From Candidatus Fervidifonticultor secundus (GTDB taxonomy: Bacteria > Sysuimicrobiota > Sysuimicrobiia > Sysuimicrobiales > Humicultoraceae): DNA of 64,000 bases. Position 1 is the first letter of the stretch; each line of letters starts with the position of its first letter. The translations under genes and the position numbers were made by a program. The notes beneath the pieces were generated by a model. It saw only the letters and a program-made list of their open reading frames with translations. It was not told the origin of the DNA and made no database searches. Positions 47,055 to 59,371 of the stretch are shown here, in pieces. Location of the stretch: the NCBI GenBank assembly GCA_031459385.1, contig JAVKIP010000011.1:1-64000 (forward strand), written 5' to 3'.

Positions 47055-48262
47055 CGACCGACGAGGTGCTGGACCTGACGGGCCGCTACCTGCTGCCGAC
47101 CTACCGGCGCGCGCCCGTGGCGTTCGCCTCCGGGCAGGGGGTGTGGCTGTACGACCTGGAGGGCCGGCGGTACCTGGACTTCATCGGCGGGATCGCCGTC
47201 TGTGCCCTCGGGCACAACCATCCGGCGCTGGTGGCGGCCGTGGCGGACCAGGCGGCGAGGGTGATCCACGTCTCCAACCTGTTCCACATCGCGGAACAGG
47301 CCCGCCTGGCCCAGTGGCTGGTCGAGCACTCGGCGTTCGACCGCGTCTGGTTCTGCAACAGCGGCGCTGAGGCCAACGAGGCAGCCATCAAGCTGGCGCG
47401 CAAGTGGGGCCGGCGGGGTGAGCGCCACCGCTATGAGATCATCGTCGCCCACCAGTCGTTCCACGGCCGGACGATGGGGACCCTGGCGGCCACGATGCAG
47501 CCCAAGTACCAGGAGCCGTTCGCGCCGCTGCTGCCGGGGTTCGTGGCGGTGCCGTTCAACGATCCCGACGCGCTGGCCGGCGCGACGACCGAGCGCACCG
47601 TGGCGGTGATGCTGGAACCGGTGCAGGGCGAAAGCGGCGTCGTGCCCGCCGACCCCGCGTACCTGCAGGCCGCCCGCGAGTGGTGCACGGCCAACGATCT
47701 GCTGCTCATCCTGGACGAGGTCCAGACTGGGATGGGCCGCACGGGCACGCTCTTCGCCTACGAGCAGTACGGCATCGTTCCCGACATGATGACGCTGGCC
47801 AAGGGGCTGGGGGGCGGCGTGCCGATCGGCGCGCTGCTGGTCAGGGAGCACTGCGCCGCCCTGGGCGCCGGGGACCACGGCAGCACGTTTGGCGGCAACC
47901 CGCTGGCGTGCGCCGCAGCCCTGGCCGTGGCGCAGACGATCGTGGCCGCGCGCCTGCCGGAGCGCGCCGGGACCCTGGGCCGGTACTTCGCCGCTGGCCT
48001 GCAGCGGCTCGTGGACCGCGGGCTGGCGCGTGCGGTGCGCGGGCGCGGACTGCTGCTGGCGCTGGAACTGGGGACCGACGCCGCTCTGGTCGTCGACCGG
48101 TGCCGCGCCGAGGGGCTGCTGGCGAACGCGGTCCAGGCGCAGACGCTGCGGTTCGCGCCGCCGCTCATCGTCAGCGAGGAGGAGATCGACCAGGCGCTGG
48201 CCGTCCTGGAGCGCGTGCTGGCCGCGGTGGTCGCCGCCCCTGGGCCGGTCGGGACGACCTGA
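47051..48262 (+). CDS. argD: Acetylornithine aminotransferase
   Basis: NSGAEANE, SFHGRT, EPVQGE, DEVQTG.GRTG, LAKGLGGG. Confidence 0.95.
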   Translation: MTTDEVLDLTGRYLLPTYRRAPVAFASGQGVWLYDLEGRRYLDFIGGIAVCALGHNHPALVAAVADQAARVIHVSNLFHIAEQARLAQWLVEHSAFDRVWFCNSGAEANEAAIKLARKWGRRGERHRYEIIVAHQSFHGRTMGTLAATMQPKYQEPFAPLLPGFVAVPFNDPDALAGATTERTVAVMLEPVQGESGVVPADPAYLQAAREWCTANDLLLILDEVQTGMGRTGTLFAYEQYGIVPDMMTLAKGLGGGVPIGALLVREHCAALGAGDHGSTFGGNPLACAAALAVAQTIVAARLPERAGTLGRYFAAGLQRLVDRGLARAVRGRGLLLALELGTDAALVVDRCRAEGLLANAVQAQTLRFAPPLIVSEEEIDQALAVLERVLAAVVAAPGPVGTT

Positions 48263-48321
48263 CAGACGGCGCGGCGCCGCGGCGGGAGGGGCCCCGGCTG
48301 GCCCCAGAGAGGAGCACGGAA

Positions 48322-49537
48322 GTGACGCAGGTGCGGAAGGTGGCGCTGGCCTACTCAGGCGGGCTCGACACGTCGGTGGCGATTCCCTGGTTGCGCGAGA
48401 CCTACGGCTGCGAGGTCATCGCCGTCATCGTCGATGTCGGCCAGGGCGAAGACCTGGAGGCGACCCGGGCCAAAGCGGTCGCCTCGGGCGCCGCAGCGGC
48501 GCACGTCATCGACGTGCGCCGCACGTTCGTCACCGACTTCATCGTGCCCATGGTGCAGGCCGGTGCGGTCTACGAGGGCCGCTATCTGCTCGGCACGGCG
48601 CTCGCCCGGCCGCTCATCGCCAAGACGCAGGTCGAGGTGGCGCTGGCCGAGGGGTGTGACGCCCTGGCCCACGGGTGCACGGGGAAGGGCAACGATCAGG
48701 TCCGGTTCGAGCTGGCGTACCAGGCGCTGGCGCCGGGTCTGAAGGTCATCGCGCCGTGGCGGGAGTGGCCGATCCGCTCGCGCGAGCAGGCCATGGCCTA
48801 CGCCGAACGGTACGGCATTCCGGTGCCGGCCAGCCGGGAGAAGCCCTACAGCGTCGACCGGAACCTCTGGCACTGCAGCAGCGAGGCCGGCATCCTGGAG
48901 GACATCTGGGCCGAGCCGCCGGCGGACCTGTACCAGTACACGGCCGACCCGTGCACCGCGCCCGCCGAGCCCGAGTACGTCGAGATCGACTTCGAGGAGG
49001 GGCGCCCGGTGGGCCTGAACGGCCAGCGCACCGATGCGCTGGCCCTGATGGAGCGGCTCAACGCGCTGGGCGGCCGCCACGGCGTCGGCCGGGTGGACAT
49101 GGTGGAGAACCGGCTGGTAGGGATGAAGACGCGGGGAGTCTACGAGACCCCCGGCGGCACCGTCCTGATGGCGGCGCACCGCGACCTGGAGGCGATCACG
49201 GTGGAGCGCGAGTGCGCCCACTTCAAGCTCCAGATCGCTCATCGCTACGCCGAGCTGATCTACTACGGCCAGTGGTTCTCACCGCTGCGCCAGGCGCTGG
49301 ACGCGTTCGTGGGGGCCACGCAGCGCACGGTCACGGGCACGGTGCGCCTGCGTCTCTACCGCGGCACCGCGCTGCCGGTGGGCCGGCGCTCGCCCGTGTC
49401 GCTGTACAACCCCGCGCTGGCCACGTTCGAGGCGGACGATGTCTACGACCACCGGGACGCGGGCGCGTTCATCCGGCTGTTCGGGCTGCCCACGCGCGTC
49501 TTCGCCCAGGTCAACCCGCATCTGATCCGTGCCCTGC

Positions 49538-49554
<17 letters not shown>
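48322..49554 (+). CDS. argG: Argininosuccinate synthase
   Basis: AYSGGLDTS, HGCTGKGNDQVRF, VENR..G.K.RG.YETP. Confidence 0.97.
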
Positions 49555-51016
<1,462 letters not shown>

Positions 51017-51021
51017 GCGCC

Positions 51022-51474
51022 GTGCACCGGCGCGCGCAGCGCATCTTCGAGATCATCGCCCGCACGCCGATCGCGACCCAGGAGGAACTGGTGCGGGCGC
51101 TGCGCGCCCGCGGGATTCGCGTGACCCAGGCCACGGTGTCACGGGACATCAAGCGGCTGGGGCTGGTGAAGGTCCCCACGGGCGATGGCTCCTACCGCTA
51201 CGCGGCGCCCGGGGCGACACCGCCGCCGGGCGAGGAGGTGCGGCGCAGGCTCCAGCGGGCCTTCGCCGACTACGTCACGGCGGTCGAGGAGGGCAGTGGG
51301 CTGGTGCTGGTCAAGACGGCCGACGGCAGCGCCGGCCCGGTAGCCGAGGCCATCGACGACGCGGCGTGGCCCGAGGTCGCCGGCACTGTCGCTGGCGACA
51401 ACACCATCATCGTCGTCCCCCGCCTGGCCCGCCACCGGGCCGTCGTCCTGCGGCGGCTCCGCAGCCTGCTCTAG
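51022..51474 (+). CDS. argR: Arginine repressor
   Basis: TQEEL, TQATVSRDI, GTVAGDNT. Confidence 0.95.
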   Translation: MHRRAQRIFEIIARTPIATQEELVRALRARGIRVTQATVSRDIKRLGLVKVPTGDGSYRYAAPGATPPPGEEVRRRLQRAFADYVTAVEEGSGLVLVKTADGSAGPVAEAIDDAAWPEVAGTVAGDNTIIVVPRLARHRAVVLRRLRSLL

Positions 51475-51568
51475 CCTCCCGCCGACGCCCGGCTCCGCGG
51501 TCCGGCCACGCCTCGGGCAGAGGATGGGTCACGCCCCCGCCGAAGGGTATAGAGATCGGGGGAACCGC

Positions 51569-52552
51569 GTGAGAGAACCCGCGTCCCAGCAGGCGACGGT
51601 CCAGTTGCCCTCCGGGCCGGCGGCCGTGGCCGTTCTCGGCCAGCAGGACCTGCTGCTGGCCATGGTGGAGGAGGAGGTGGGAGCTTCGGTTCACGTCCGC
51701 GGTGACACCCTGGTCATCCGCGGGACCGCCGCCCAGGTCGACCGGGCGACGCGCGTCTTCGAGGAACTCATCGGCCTGGCTGCCGCCGGCCATACGCTGA
51801 CGCCTGCGGACCTGCGCCGCCTGCTGCGCGCCGATGCGCCGGCTACGGCCGTGCGCGCGGCTGGAGACGTGCTGTTACAGACGCCCAGCGGCAAGCCGAT
51901 CGCCCCGCGCACTCCTGGCCAGGCAGCGTATGTCGACGCGATCCGCTCCCACGATCTGACGTTCGCGATCGGGCCGGCTGGCACGGGCAAGACCTACCTG
52001 GCCGTGGCCATGGCCGTGGTGGCGCTGCGCGCCCGCGCCGTCCAGCGCATCGTCCTGACCCGGCCGGCCGTGGAAGCGGGCGAGCGGCTGGGGTTCCTGC
52101 CAGGGGACATCGCGGCCAAGGTGGACCCCTACCTGCGGCCGCTGTACGACGCGCTGTACGAGATGCTGGGGCCCGAGCGGTTCACCCGGCTGTCGGAGCG
52201 GGGCGTCATCGAGGTCGTGCCGCTGGCGTTCATGCGGGGCCGGACCCTGAACGACGCGTTCATCATCCTCGACGAGGCGCAGAATACGACCCACGAGCAG
52301 ATGAAGATGTTCCTGACGCGCATGGGGTTCGGGTCGCGGGCGGTGGTCACCGGCGATATCACGCAGATCGACCTGCCCCGCGACCGGGTCTCGGGGCTGG
52401 TCGAAGCCCGCGAGATCTTCCGTGGCCTGGAGGGCATCGCGTTCGTGGAGCTGCGCGAAAGCGACGTCGTGCGCCACGAGCTGGTCCAGACCATCGTGCG
52501 CGCCTACGAGCGCTACGAGATGACGCGGGGGTCTGGCGGAGGTTCTGCCTGA
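51569..52552 (+). CDS. phoH: PhoH-family ATPase (YbeZ-like)
   Basis: [32 protein letters not shown]. Confidence 0.95.
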   Translation: MREPASQQATVQLPSGPAAVAVLGQQDLLLAMVEEEVGASVHVRGDTLVIRGTAAQVDRATRVFEELIGLAAAGHTLTPADLRRLLRADAPATAVRAAGDVLLQTPSGKPIAPRTPGQAAYVDAIRSHDLTFAIGPAGTGKTYLAVAMAVVALRARAVQRIVLTRPAVEAGERLGFLPGDIAAKVDPYLRPLYDALYEMLGPERFTRLSERGVIEVVPLAFMRGRTLNDAFIILDEAQNTTHEQMKMFLTRMGFGSRAVVTGDITQIDLPRDRVSGLVEAREIFRGLEGIAFVELRESDVVRHELVQTIVRAYERYEMTRGSGGGSA

Positions 52553-54663
52553 TGGCCCGCAGCGCCCCGCGGGCTGTGGCCGGCCCGCGCCGCCTGGCGT
52601 GGGCGCGCCGCGTGGGGATCGGCCTCGGCACACTCGTGGGGCTCGTGGCCATCATCGGCGTGGACTACCTTCCGCCCCGGCTGGACCTCCAGCCCGGCCA
52701 GCCGAGCCCGCGCGACATCCGGGCGCCCCGCACCGTCGAGTTCGAAGACGACGTCCGGACCGAGGCGCTGCGGGCCGAGGCGATGCGCGCGGTGCCGCCG
52801 GTCCTGCGGCACGTGCCCACCGAGGTGGCCGCGGCACGCCAGGCCGTGGCCCGGGCGTTTGCGGCCGTTCTGGATGTACGTGCGCGCAGCCGCTTCGCGT
52901 CGGTCGTCGCCGGGATGGCGGCGATGCGGGCCGCGGCGGCACTTCCCCTCTCCGATGTCGCGGCCCGCGCCGCAGCCACGGCGCCGCGCACCCAGCTGGC
53001 GCGAGCGGCGAAGGTCGCCGAGGCCGCGGTGGACCAGGCCCTGGCTGCCGGCGTCCGGGTCGAGGATCTGACCATGGCCCGCGAGCGTGCCCGGCAGGCG
53101 GTGCGCGATGGCGGCCTGCCGGTCGACCTGCGGGCCCTGGCCGCGGAGGTCGCCGCCGCGGCGGTGCGCCCGACCATGGAGGTGGACCAGGGCAGGACTG
53201 CGGCGGCGCGCCTGGCTGCCGCGAGTGCCGTCCCGCCGGTTCGCGTCCGGCTCGAGCGCGGGCAGATCATCGTGCGCGACGGCGACGTCGTGACGCCCGC
53301 GCACCTGCGCATGCTGGCTGCGGCCGGGCTCTACCCGCCGCGCGTGAGCTGGGCGGGGGTGGGCGGGGTGGCGGTCGTCGCGGCCCTGGTCCTGGTCGCG
53401 ACCGGCGCGTACCTGTGGCAGTACCAGCCGGAGATCTGGACCAGCGAGCGCTTGCTCGTGGTTTGGAGCCTGATCGTCCTCCTCACCGTGTTCCTGAGCC
53501 AGGCGCTGGGCGCGCCGCGCTTCAGCAACTTCCTGGCGCCGTCGGCCATGGGTGCCATGCTGCTGGGCATTCTGCTCCGACGCCGGCTGGCACTCTTCTC
53601 GTCCGCCACGGTCGCGGTGCTGGTGGGGCTGGCCTCCCAGCGCGACCTGGCGTCCGCCGTCGTTGCGTTCCTGGGCGGCCTGGCCGGCGTGTTCGCGACG
53701 CGCCAGATCCACCGCCGGTCCGACTTCGGGCTGGCCGGGCTCGTGGTGGGCGCCACCAACGCCGTGGCCATCCTGGGCATGGGGCTGGCCGAGGGCCTTG
53801 AGGTCTACCCCGCACTGGTAGTGGCGAGCGCGTGGGGCGTGGCCGGCGGGCTCCTCTCGGGCGTGGCGGCCATCGGCGTGCTGCCATTCATCGAGCAGCT
53901 CTTTGGGCTCGTCACGCCCATCAAGTTGCTGGAGCTGGGCAACCCCGCCCACCCGCTGCTGCGACGGCTGCAGCTGGAAGCCCCCGGCACCTATCACCAC
54001 AGCATCATGGTCAGCAACCTGGCCGAGGCGGCGGCGGAGGCCGTGGGCGCCGACGCGCTGCTGGCGCGCATCGGGACGTACTACCACGACGTGGGCAAGC
54101 TGCGCCGACCGGCCTTCTTCGTGGAGAACCAGATGGGCGTCGACAACCCCCACGAGAAGATGACCCCGAGCCTCTCGGCCCTCACCGTGGCGGCGCACGT
54201 GCGCGACGGGCTGGACCTGGCCCGCGAGTACGGCCTGCCGCCGGTGATCCAGGAGTTCATCGCGCAGCACCACGGCACCACCCGCCTGACGTACTTCTAC
54301 CATCAGGCCCTCGAGCGCGGGGACGCGGTAGACGAGGCGGCCTTCCGGTACGAGGGGCCCAGGCCCCAGACGCCGGAGACGGCGATCCTCATGCTGGCCG
54401 ATGCGGCAGAGGCCGCCGTCCGCTCGCTGCCCCGCCCCACGCCCGACCGGCTGGAGGAAGCGGTGCGCAAGATTATCCGTGAGAAGCTGGAGGACGGCCA
54501 GCTGGACGAGTGCGGGCTCACGTTCCGCGACCTCGACCGCATCGCCGGCGCGTTCGTGCGCATCCTTTCGGGCATCCTGCACCCGCGGGTCGAGTACCCG
54601 GATCTGGAGCGCGAGCTCCAGCGCCGGCGGCCCGAGCGGGTGGCGCGGCTGCGATGGCGCTAG
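52552..54663 (+). CDS. pgpH: 7TM-HD phosphohydrolase (PgpH/YqfF-like, putative c-di-AMP phosphodiesterase)
   Basis: Extracellular domain, 7 TM, APGTYHHS, YHDVGK, HHGT, FRYEGPRP. Confidence 0.85.
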   Translation: MARSAPRAVAGPRRLAWARRVGIGLGTLVGLVAIIGVDYLPPRLDLQPGQPSPRDIRAPRTVEFEDDVRTEALRAEAMRAVPPVLRHVPTEVAAARQAVARAFAAVLDVRARSRFASVVAGMAAMRAAAALPLSDVAARAAATAPRTQLARAAKVAEAAVDQALAAGVRVEDLTMARERARQAVRDGGLPVDLRALAAEVAAAAVRPTMEVDQGRTAAARLAAASAVPPVRVRLERGQIIVRDGDVVTPAHLRMLAAAGLYPPRVSWAGVGGVAVVAALVLVATGAYLWQYQPEIWTSERLLVVWSLIVLLTVFLSQALGAPRFSNFLAPSAMGAMLLGILLRRRLALFSSATVAVLVGLASQRDLASAVVAFLGGLAGVFATRQIHRRSDFGLAGLVVGATNAVAILGMGLAEGLEVYPALVVASAWGVAGGLLSGVAAIGVLPFIEQLFGLVTPIKLLELGNPAHPLLRRLQLEAPGTYHHSIMVSNLAEAAAEAVGADALLARIGTYYHDVGKLRRPAFFVENQMGVDNPHEKMTPSLSALTVAAHVRDGLDLAREYGLPPVIQEFIAQHHGTTRLTYFYHQALERGDAVDEAAFRYEGPRPQTPETAILMLADAAEAAVRSLPRPTPDRLEEAVRKIIREKLEDGQLDECGLTFRDLDRIAGAFVRILSGILHPRVEYPDLERELQRRRPERVARLRWR

Positions 54664-54706
54664 TGGCGCCGGCCAGTCGGGTCCGGCGCGTTCGGCGGGC
54701 GTGACC

Positions 54707-55162
54707 ATGCGCGTCCACCTCGTGACCCACCGCGTACGGAGCGGCGTCCCGCGCCAGGTCGTGGCGGCGGCGGCCCGGGCGGCGTTGCGGGCCACGCGGG
54801 CCCCGGCGGCCACCGAGGTGGAGGTCGCTCTGGTGGACGACGCGACGATCGCGCGCCTGAATCGTCGCTACCTGGGGCATCGCGGCCCCACCGACGTGCT
54901 GACGTTTCCGGGCGACAGTTCGCCGGTGCTGGGCGAGATCGTGGTGTCAGTGGAGCGTGCCCGGGCCCAGGCGGCCGCGCTGGGGCACGGGCTGTGGCGC
55001 GAGGTCGCCCTGCTGGTGATCCACGGCGTGCTGCACCTGCGCGGCTACGACGACCGGACGCATGCCGGCGCGGCCCGCATGCACCGCCGCGCCCACGCGA
55101 TCCTGGCCACCCTCCGGCGGACCGGGGCGGCGCGGATGCGGCCGCCGCGGGGACGCCGGTGA
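54707..55162 (+). CDS. ybeY: rRNA maturation endoribonuclease YbeY
   Basis: PTDVLTF, GEIVVS, HGVLHLRGYD. Confidence 0.9.
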   Translation: MRVHLVTHRVRSGVPRQVVAAAARAALRATRAPAATEVEVALVDDATIARLNRRYLGHRGPTDVLTFPGDSSPVLGEIVVSVERARAQAAALGHGLWREVALLVIHGVLHLRGYDDRTHAGAARMHRRAHAILATLRRTGAARMRPPRGRR

Positions 55163-55635
55163 GGCACTCGCTCTGGCAGAGCCTGCAGTTCGCCGGGCGC
55201 GGGTTGCGCGACGGGTGGCGCTCGCAGCGGACGATGCGCGTGCACGTGGCCGCCGCTCTGGTCGTGGCCGGGGCGATCCTGTGGCTCGACGTCGCGCCGG
55301 CGGAGACGGCGGTGCTGCTGGTGACCGTGGCGGCGGTGCTGGCCGCCGAGCTGTTCAACACCGCGGTGGAGGTCCTGGTGGACCTCGTTGTTGGCGAGCA
55401 GCACCACGACCTCGCCCAGCGCGCCAAGGATCTCAGCGCCGCGGCCGTGCTCGTGACCGCCGTCGCCGCAGCCGGGGTCGGCCTCCTCGTGCTCGCAGGC
55501 CCGGCGCTGGCGGCGCTGCGCCGCGGCGCGCTCACCGGTCAGGCGACCGCGCGCCTGCTGGCCGCGGCGCTGCTGGTGGCGCTGGCGGCGGCGGTGGTGC
55601 GCGCGGCACGGCGCCCGTCGCCTGTGGTAGAATAA
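55159..55635 (+). CDS. dgkA: Diacylglycerol/undecaprenol kinase
   Basis: ELFNTAVE.LVD, AKDLSAAAV. Confidence 0.9.
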   Translation: MRHSLWQSLQFAGRGLRDGWRSQRTMRVHVAAALVVAGAILWLDVAPAETAVLLVTVAAVLAAELFNTAVEVLVDLVVGEQHHDLAQRAKDLSAAAVLVTAVAAAGVGLLVLAGPALAALRRGALTGQATARLLAAALLVALAAAVVRAARRPSPVVE

Positions 55636-55686
55636 CATCTCGAGCGCGTTGGGCCGTCCTGGCCCAGAAGGCAGGCACGACCTCGG

Positions 55687-56982
55687 GTGGACGCGTCACG
55701 TGCGGGGCTGGGTGCGTACAGTGTCGAGCTGGTCATCCTCGGGCTGCTGGTAGCGCTCGCTGCGTTCTTCTCGGGGGCCGAGACCGCGCTCCTGACGGCC
55801 AACCGGCTGCGGCTGCGCCGCCTCCAGGAGGAAGGCAGCGGGCGCGCGCGGACGGCGCTGCGCCTGCTCGAGCACCCGGCACGGCTGCTGTCCACGCTGC
55901 TCATCGGCAACAGCATCGCGACCATCGCGGCGGCCGTGGTGGCTACCGCGATCCTGATCCGCCTCCTGGGGGCCGAGCGCGGTCCGCTCTACGCGTTCAT
56001 GGCCACGACGCTGGTCGTGCTGATCGTCGCCGAGATTGCGCCCAAGACCGTCGCGGCCCACCACGCCGACCGCCTGGCCATGTGGGTCGCGCCGCCGCTG
56101 CGGGCGCTGGTCTGGCTGCTGGCACCGGTGGTGCGGGTGATCTCCCTTTTCGCGAGCTTCCTGGTGCGGCCCTTCGGGGGCCGCGTGCAGCCCGATGCCC
56201 CCATGGTCACGCAGGAGGAGATCCAGCTCCTGGTGCGCATGGGCGAGGAGCAGGGGGTCCTGGAGCAGGACGAGCGCGAGATGATCCACTCCATCTTCCA
56301 GTTCGGCGACACGGTGGTGCGCGAGGTCATGACGCCCCGCATCGACATGGTGTGCGTCGAAGCCGACGCGCCGGTCGAGGCGCTGCTGGACGTCGTGCGC
56401 GAACACGGCTATTCCCGTGTCCCGGTCTACAGTGACACCGTCGACCAGATCGTTGGCGTGGTGCACGTGAAGGACCTGCTGACGGCCTCGCGGCAGGGGA
56501 CGCTGCGGGGCGCGGCGCACGAGTTCGCGCGCCCGGCCTACTTCGTCCCGGACAGCAAGCGGCTTGACGATCTCTTCCGGGAGATGCGCCGCAAGAAGGT
56601 GCACATGGCCATCGTGGTGGACGAGTACGGGGGGACCGCCGGACTGGTCACGATCGAGGACCTGCTGGAAGAGATCGTGGGGCCCATCCAGGACGAGTAC
56701 GACGCCGAGGAGCCGCCGATCCGCATGGTGGACGAGCGGGTCGCCCTGGTGGACGGGCGCGTGCACCTGGAAGAGGTCAACGCGGCCCTGGGCCTCGACC
56801 TGCCGGCGGGCGAGGTGGACTCGCTGGGCGGCTTCGTCTACAGTCTGCTCGGGCACGTGCCGGCACAGGGTGAGCGCGTGACGTACGATGGCGTGGAACT
56901 GGCCGTCGAGCGCGTCGACGGCAACCGGATCGCGCTGGTCAAGGTGACCAAGGCCGAGCCTGCCGCCACGGCCCAGGATTGA
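55687..56982 (+). CDS. CNNM/hemolysin-family CBS-CorC protein
   Basis: FFSGAETA, LIGN, EIAPK, MTPR, YSRVPV, DEYGGT.GLVT.EDLLEEIVG. Confidence 0.92.
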   Translation: MDASRAGLGAYSVELVILGLLVALAAFFSGAETALLTANRLRLRRLQEEGSGRARTALRLLEHPARLLSTLLIGNSIATIAAAVVATAILIRLLGAERGPLYAFMATTLVVLIVAEIAPKTVAAHHADRLAMWVAPPLRALVWLLAPVVRVISLFASFLVRPFGGRVQPDAPMVTQEEIQLLVRMGEEQGVLEQDEREMIHSIFQFGDTVVREVMTPRIDMVCVEADAPVEALLDVVREHGYSRVPVYSDTVDQIVGVVHVKDLLTASRQGTLRGAAHEFARPAYFVPDSKRLDDLFREMRRKKVHMAIVVDEYGGTAGLVTIEDLLEEIVGPIQDEYDAEEPPIRMVDERVALVDGRVHLEEVNAALGLDLPAGEVDSLGGFVYSLLGHVPAQGERVTYDGVELAVERVDGNRIALVKVTKAEPAATAQD

Positions 56983-57600
56983 ATGCGCGCGCGGCTCCGG
57001 ACCTATCTCATCGCCGGCCTGCTGGTCGTGCTGCCCGTGGCCGTCACCGTGGCGGTCCTGCGGTGGCTGTTCCGGGTGCTGGACAGCGTGCTGGCGCCTG
57101 TTTTTGCCCTGGCGGGCCTGCGCGTGCCGGGCCTGGGGCTGCTGGCCGGCGTGGCGCTCATCCTCGTGGCCGGGGCCATGGCCAGCAACGTCCTGGGGCG
57201 CCGGCTGGTCGAGGCCTTCGACCGAGTGATGCTCCGGATTCCGCTTGCCCGGTCGGTGTACGCCGCCACCAAGCAACTGGCCGACTCGATCTTGCACCCC
57301 AACCGCATGGCGCTCAAGGAAGCCGTCCTGATCGAGTGGCCGCGCAAAGGGCTCTACACCGTCGGCTTCCTCACCGGCGAAGCGCGGGGCGAGATCCGGG
57401 CCGTGGCCGGCGAGCGCATCGTGAACGTCTTCGTCATGACCACCCCGAACCCCACCAGCGGGTTCGTGTGCCTGGTGCCCGAGAGCCAGGTCGTCAGGCT
57501 CCAGATGCCCATCGAGGACGCGCTGAAGCTGGTGGTCTCGGGTGGCATCGTGGTCCCGCCCGAGGCGGGCCAGCCCGTGGCGGCGCGCCGGTTCGAATGA
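56983..57600 (+). CDS. DUF502 membrane protein
   Basis: GLLVVLP, RIP..RSVY, TTPNPTSGF, SGG. Confidence 0.88.
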   Translation: MRARLRTYLIAGLLVVLPVAVTVAVLRWLFRVLDSVLAPVFALAGLRVPGLGLLAGVALILVAGAMASNVLGRRLVEAFDRVMLRIPLARSVYAATKQLADSILHPNRMALKEAVLIEWPRKGLYTVGFLTGEARGEIRAVAGERIVNVFVMTTPNPTSGFVCLVPESQVVRLQMPIEDALKLVVSGGIVVPPEAGQPVAARRFE

Positions 57601-57995
57601 GCATCGGCGCGGGCGAGGTCGAGGCGCTGACGCGCGCAGCCCGGGCCGTACGCCGTCGCGCCTACGCCCCCTATTCGCGGTTCGCGGTGGGTGCGGCGGT
57701 GCTCACGGTGTCCGGCACGATCGTGGCCGGGTGCAACGTGGAGAACGCCTCTTATGGCCTCTCGATCTGCGCGGAGCGCGTGGCGGTGGCGTGCGCCGTG
57801 GCCGGGGGCCATCGCCGCCTGCGCGCCGTGGCCGTGGCGGCCGATCCGCCGGCGCCCCCCTGCGGCGCCTGCCGGCAGGTGCTCCTGGAGTTCGGCGTCG
57901 ACGCCGTGATCGTGGCGCCCGTGCGCGGGGCGCCGCGCCTCCACCGGCTGGCCGACCTGCTCGCGCATCCGTTCGTGCCCGACCGGCTTCCTTGA
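57597..57995 (+). CDS. cdd: Cytidine deaminase
   Basis: AYAPYSRF.VGA, NVENASY, CAE, PCGACRQ. Confidence 0.94.
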   Translation: MSIGAGEVEALTRAARAVRRRAYAPYSRFAVGAAVLTVSGTIVAGCNVENASYGLSICAERVAVACAVAGGHRRLRAVAVAADPPAPPCGACRQVLLEFGVDAVIVAPVRGAPRLHRLADLLAHPFVPDRLP

Positions 57996-58021
57996 CGCCC
58001 TTGCGCGGGCGTCAGTATAGT
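57992..58021 (+). promoter_or_regulatory. Sigma70 promoter of the Mg-transport pair
   Basis: TTGACG-N18-TATAGT. Confidence 0.65.
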
Positions 58022-58076
58022 AGTCGCGACGCGGTGCCGGCGCGGCCGTCCGGCCGCGATCCAAGCTGGGAGCAGG

Positions 58077-59366
58077 ATGGTGCATGTTACGTCGCTGCCG
58101 TTCAGCCGGCTCCTGGGCAGGCGGGTGGTGGACGCCCACGGCTATCCGCTGGGCCGCCTCGCCGACCTGGCGGCCGAGGTGCACCCTACGCGGCCCCGCA
58201 TCGTCGGGCTCCTGCTGGATGTGGACCGGCCCCGCGTGGCCCTCATCCCCTGGAGCGCGGTCGGCGCGCTTGAGCCCCAGGTTCGCCTGAGCGTCCCGCG
58301 CGCGGCCCTCCAACCGCGCCCCCTGCAGCCCAACGAGGTGCCCCTGCGCGAGGCGCTGCTGGACAAGCAGGTCGTGGATACGCACGGCCTGCGGGTCGTG
58401 AAGGTCAACGACCTGTTCCTCTCCCAGAGCAACGGCGAGCTGCTGCTCAGCGGCGTGGACGTGGGCCTGACGGGCCTGCTGCGCCGGCTGGGGCTCGAGC
58501 GGCCGGTGCGCTGGATGTTCGCGCACCTGCGGCGGCCGCTCGTGGACCATGCGCTCCCCTGGACCTACGTCGCCGCGCTCGGCGGGCCCGTGACTCCCTT
58601 GAAGCTGTCGATCTCGCGCGAGCGCCTCCAGGCTATCCACCCGGCCGACCTGGCCGACCTGCTGAGCGAGATGGATCGCGAGGAGCGGGTCGAGGTCATG
58701 TCCGCGCTGCGCGACGACGTCGCCGCCGAAGTGCTGGAAGCGGCAGAGCCGGAGGTGCAGACCAACATCCTCCGGTCGCTGCCGGCCGATCGCGCCTCAG
58801 ACATCCTGGAGGAGATGGAGCCCGACGAGGCGGCGGACGTGCTGGGCGAGTTGCCCCACGAGACCGCGACGCAGCTGCTCGACCGCATGGAACCCGAAGC
58901 CGGCGCCGAGGTGAGCCGGCTGCTGGCCTACCCGCCGAAGTCGGCCGGGGGACGCATGACCCTCGACTTCATCGCGGTACCGGCCGAATTCACCGCGGAG
59001 CAGGCCATCGCCCGCCTCCGGGAACTGGCGCCGGACGCCGAGACGATCTACTACGTGTACGTGGTGGACGACGCCGGCCGGCTGCAGGGCGTGCTGTCCC
59101 TGCGGCGGCTGCTGATCGCAGATCCCCAGACGCCCGTGACCCGGCTGATGTCCTCCGACCTGGTGGCGGTCCGTGCGGACGAGAGCGACGAAGCGGCGGC
59201 CGGGCTCCTCATGAAGTACGACCTGCTGGCGGTCCCGGTCCTCGACGCGGAGGGCCGGCTGCTGGGCATCATCACCGTCGACGACGTCGTCGACCTGCTG
59301 GCTGACCGGCTGGGCGGCCGGCTCCCCCGCCGCCTGGAGCGCATCCGGCGGCGGTCGCGGGAGTAG
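58077..59366 (+). CDS. Soluble PRC-barrel + MgtE N-terminal + CBS pair protein (no TM domain)
   Basis: HPADLADL, EMEPDEAAD, AGGRMT, YYVYVVD, GIITVDD; ends without an MgtE membrane domain. Confidence 0.88.
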   Translation: MVHVTSLPFSRLLGRRVVDAHGYPLGRLADLAAEVHPTRPRIVGLLLDVDRPRVALIPWSAVGALEPQVRLSVPRAALQPRPLQPNEVPLREALLDKQVVDTHGLRVVKVNDLFLSQSNGELLLSGVDVGLTGLLRRLGLERPVRWMFAHLRRPLVDHALPWTYVAALGGPVTPLKLSISRERLQAIHPADLADLLSEMDREERVEVMSALRDDVAAEVLEAAEPEVQTNILRSLPADRASDILEEMEPDEAADVLGELPHETATQLLDRMEPEAGAEVSRLLAYPPKSAGGRMTLDFIAVPAEFTAEQAIARLRELAPDAETIYYVYVVDDAGRLQGVLSLRRLLIADPQTPVTRLMSSDLVAVRADESDEAAAGLLMKYDLLAVPVLDAEGRLLGIITVDDVVDLLADRLGGRLPRRLERIRRRSRE

Positions 59367-59371
59367 GGTGC

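Noticed and set aside
58022..58076. Possible M-box (Mg2+) riboswitch before the MgtE-N gene
   Set aside because: The leader is only about 50 nt with one small hairpin; too short and lacks M-box motifs.
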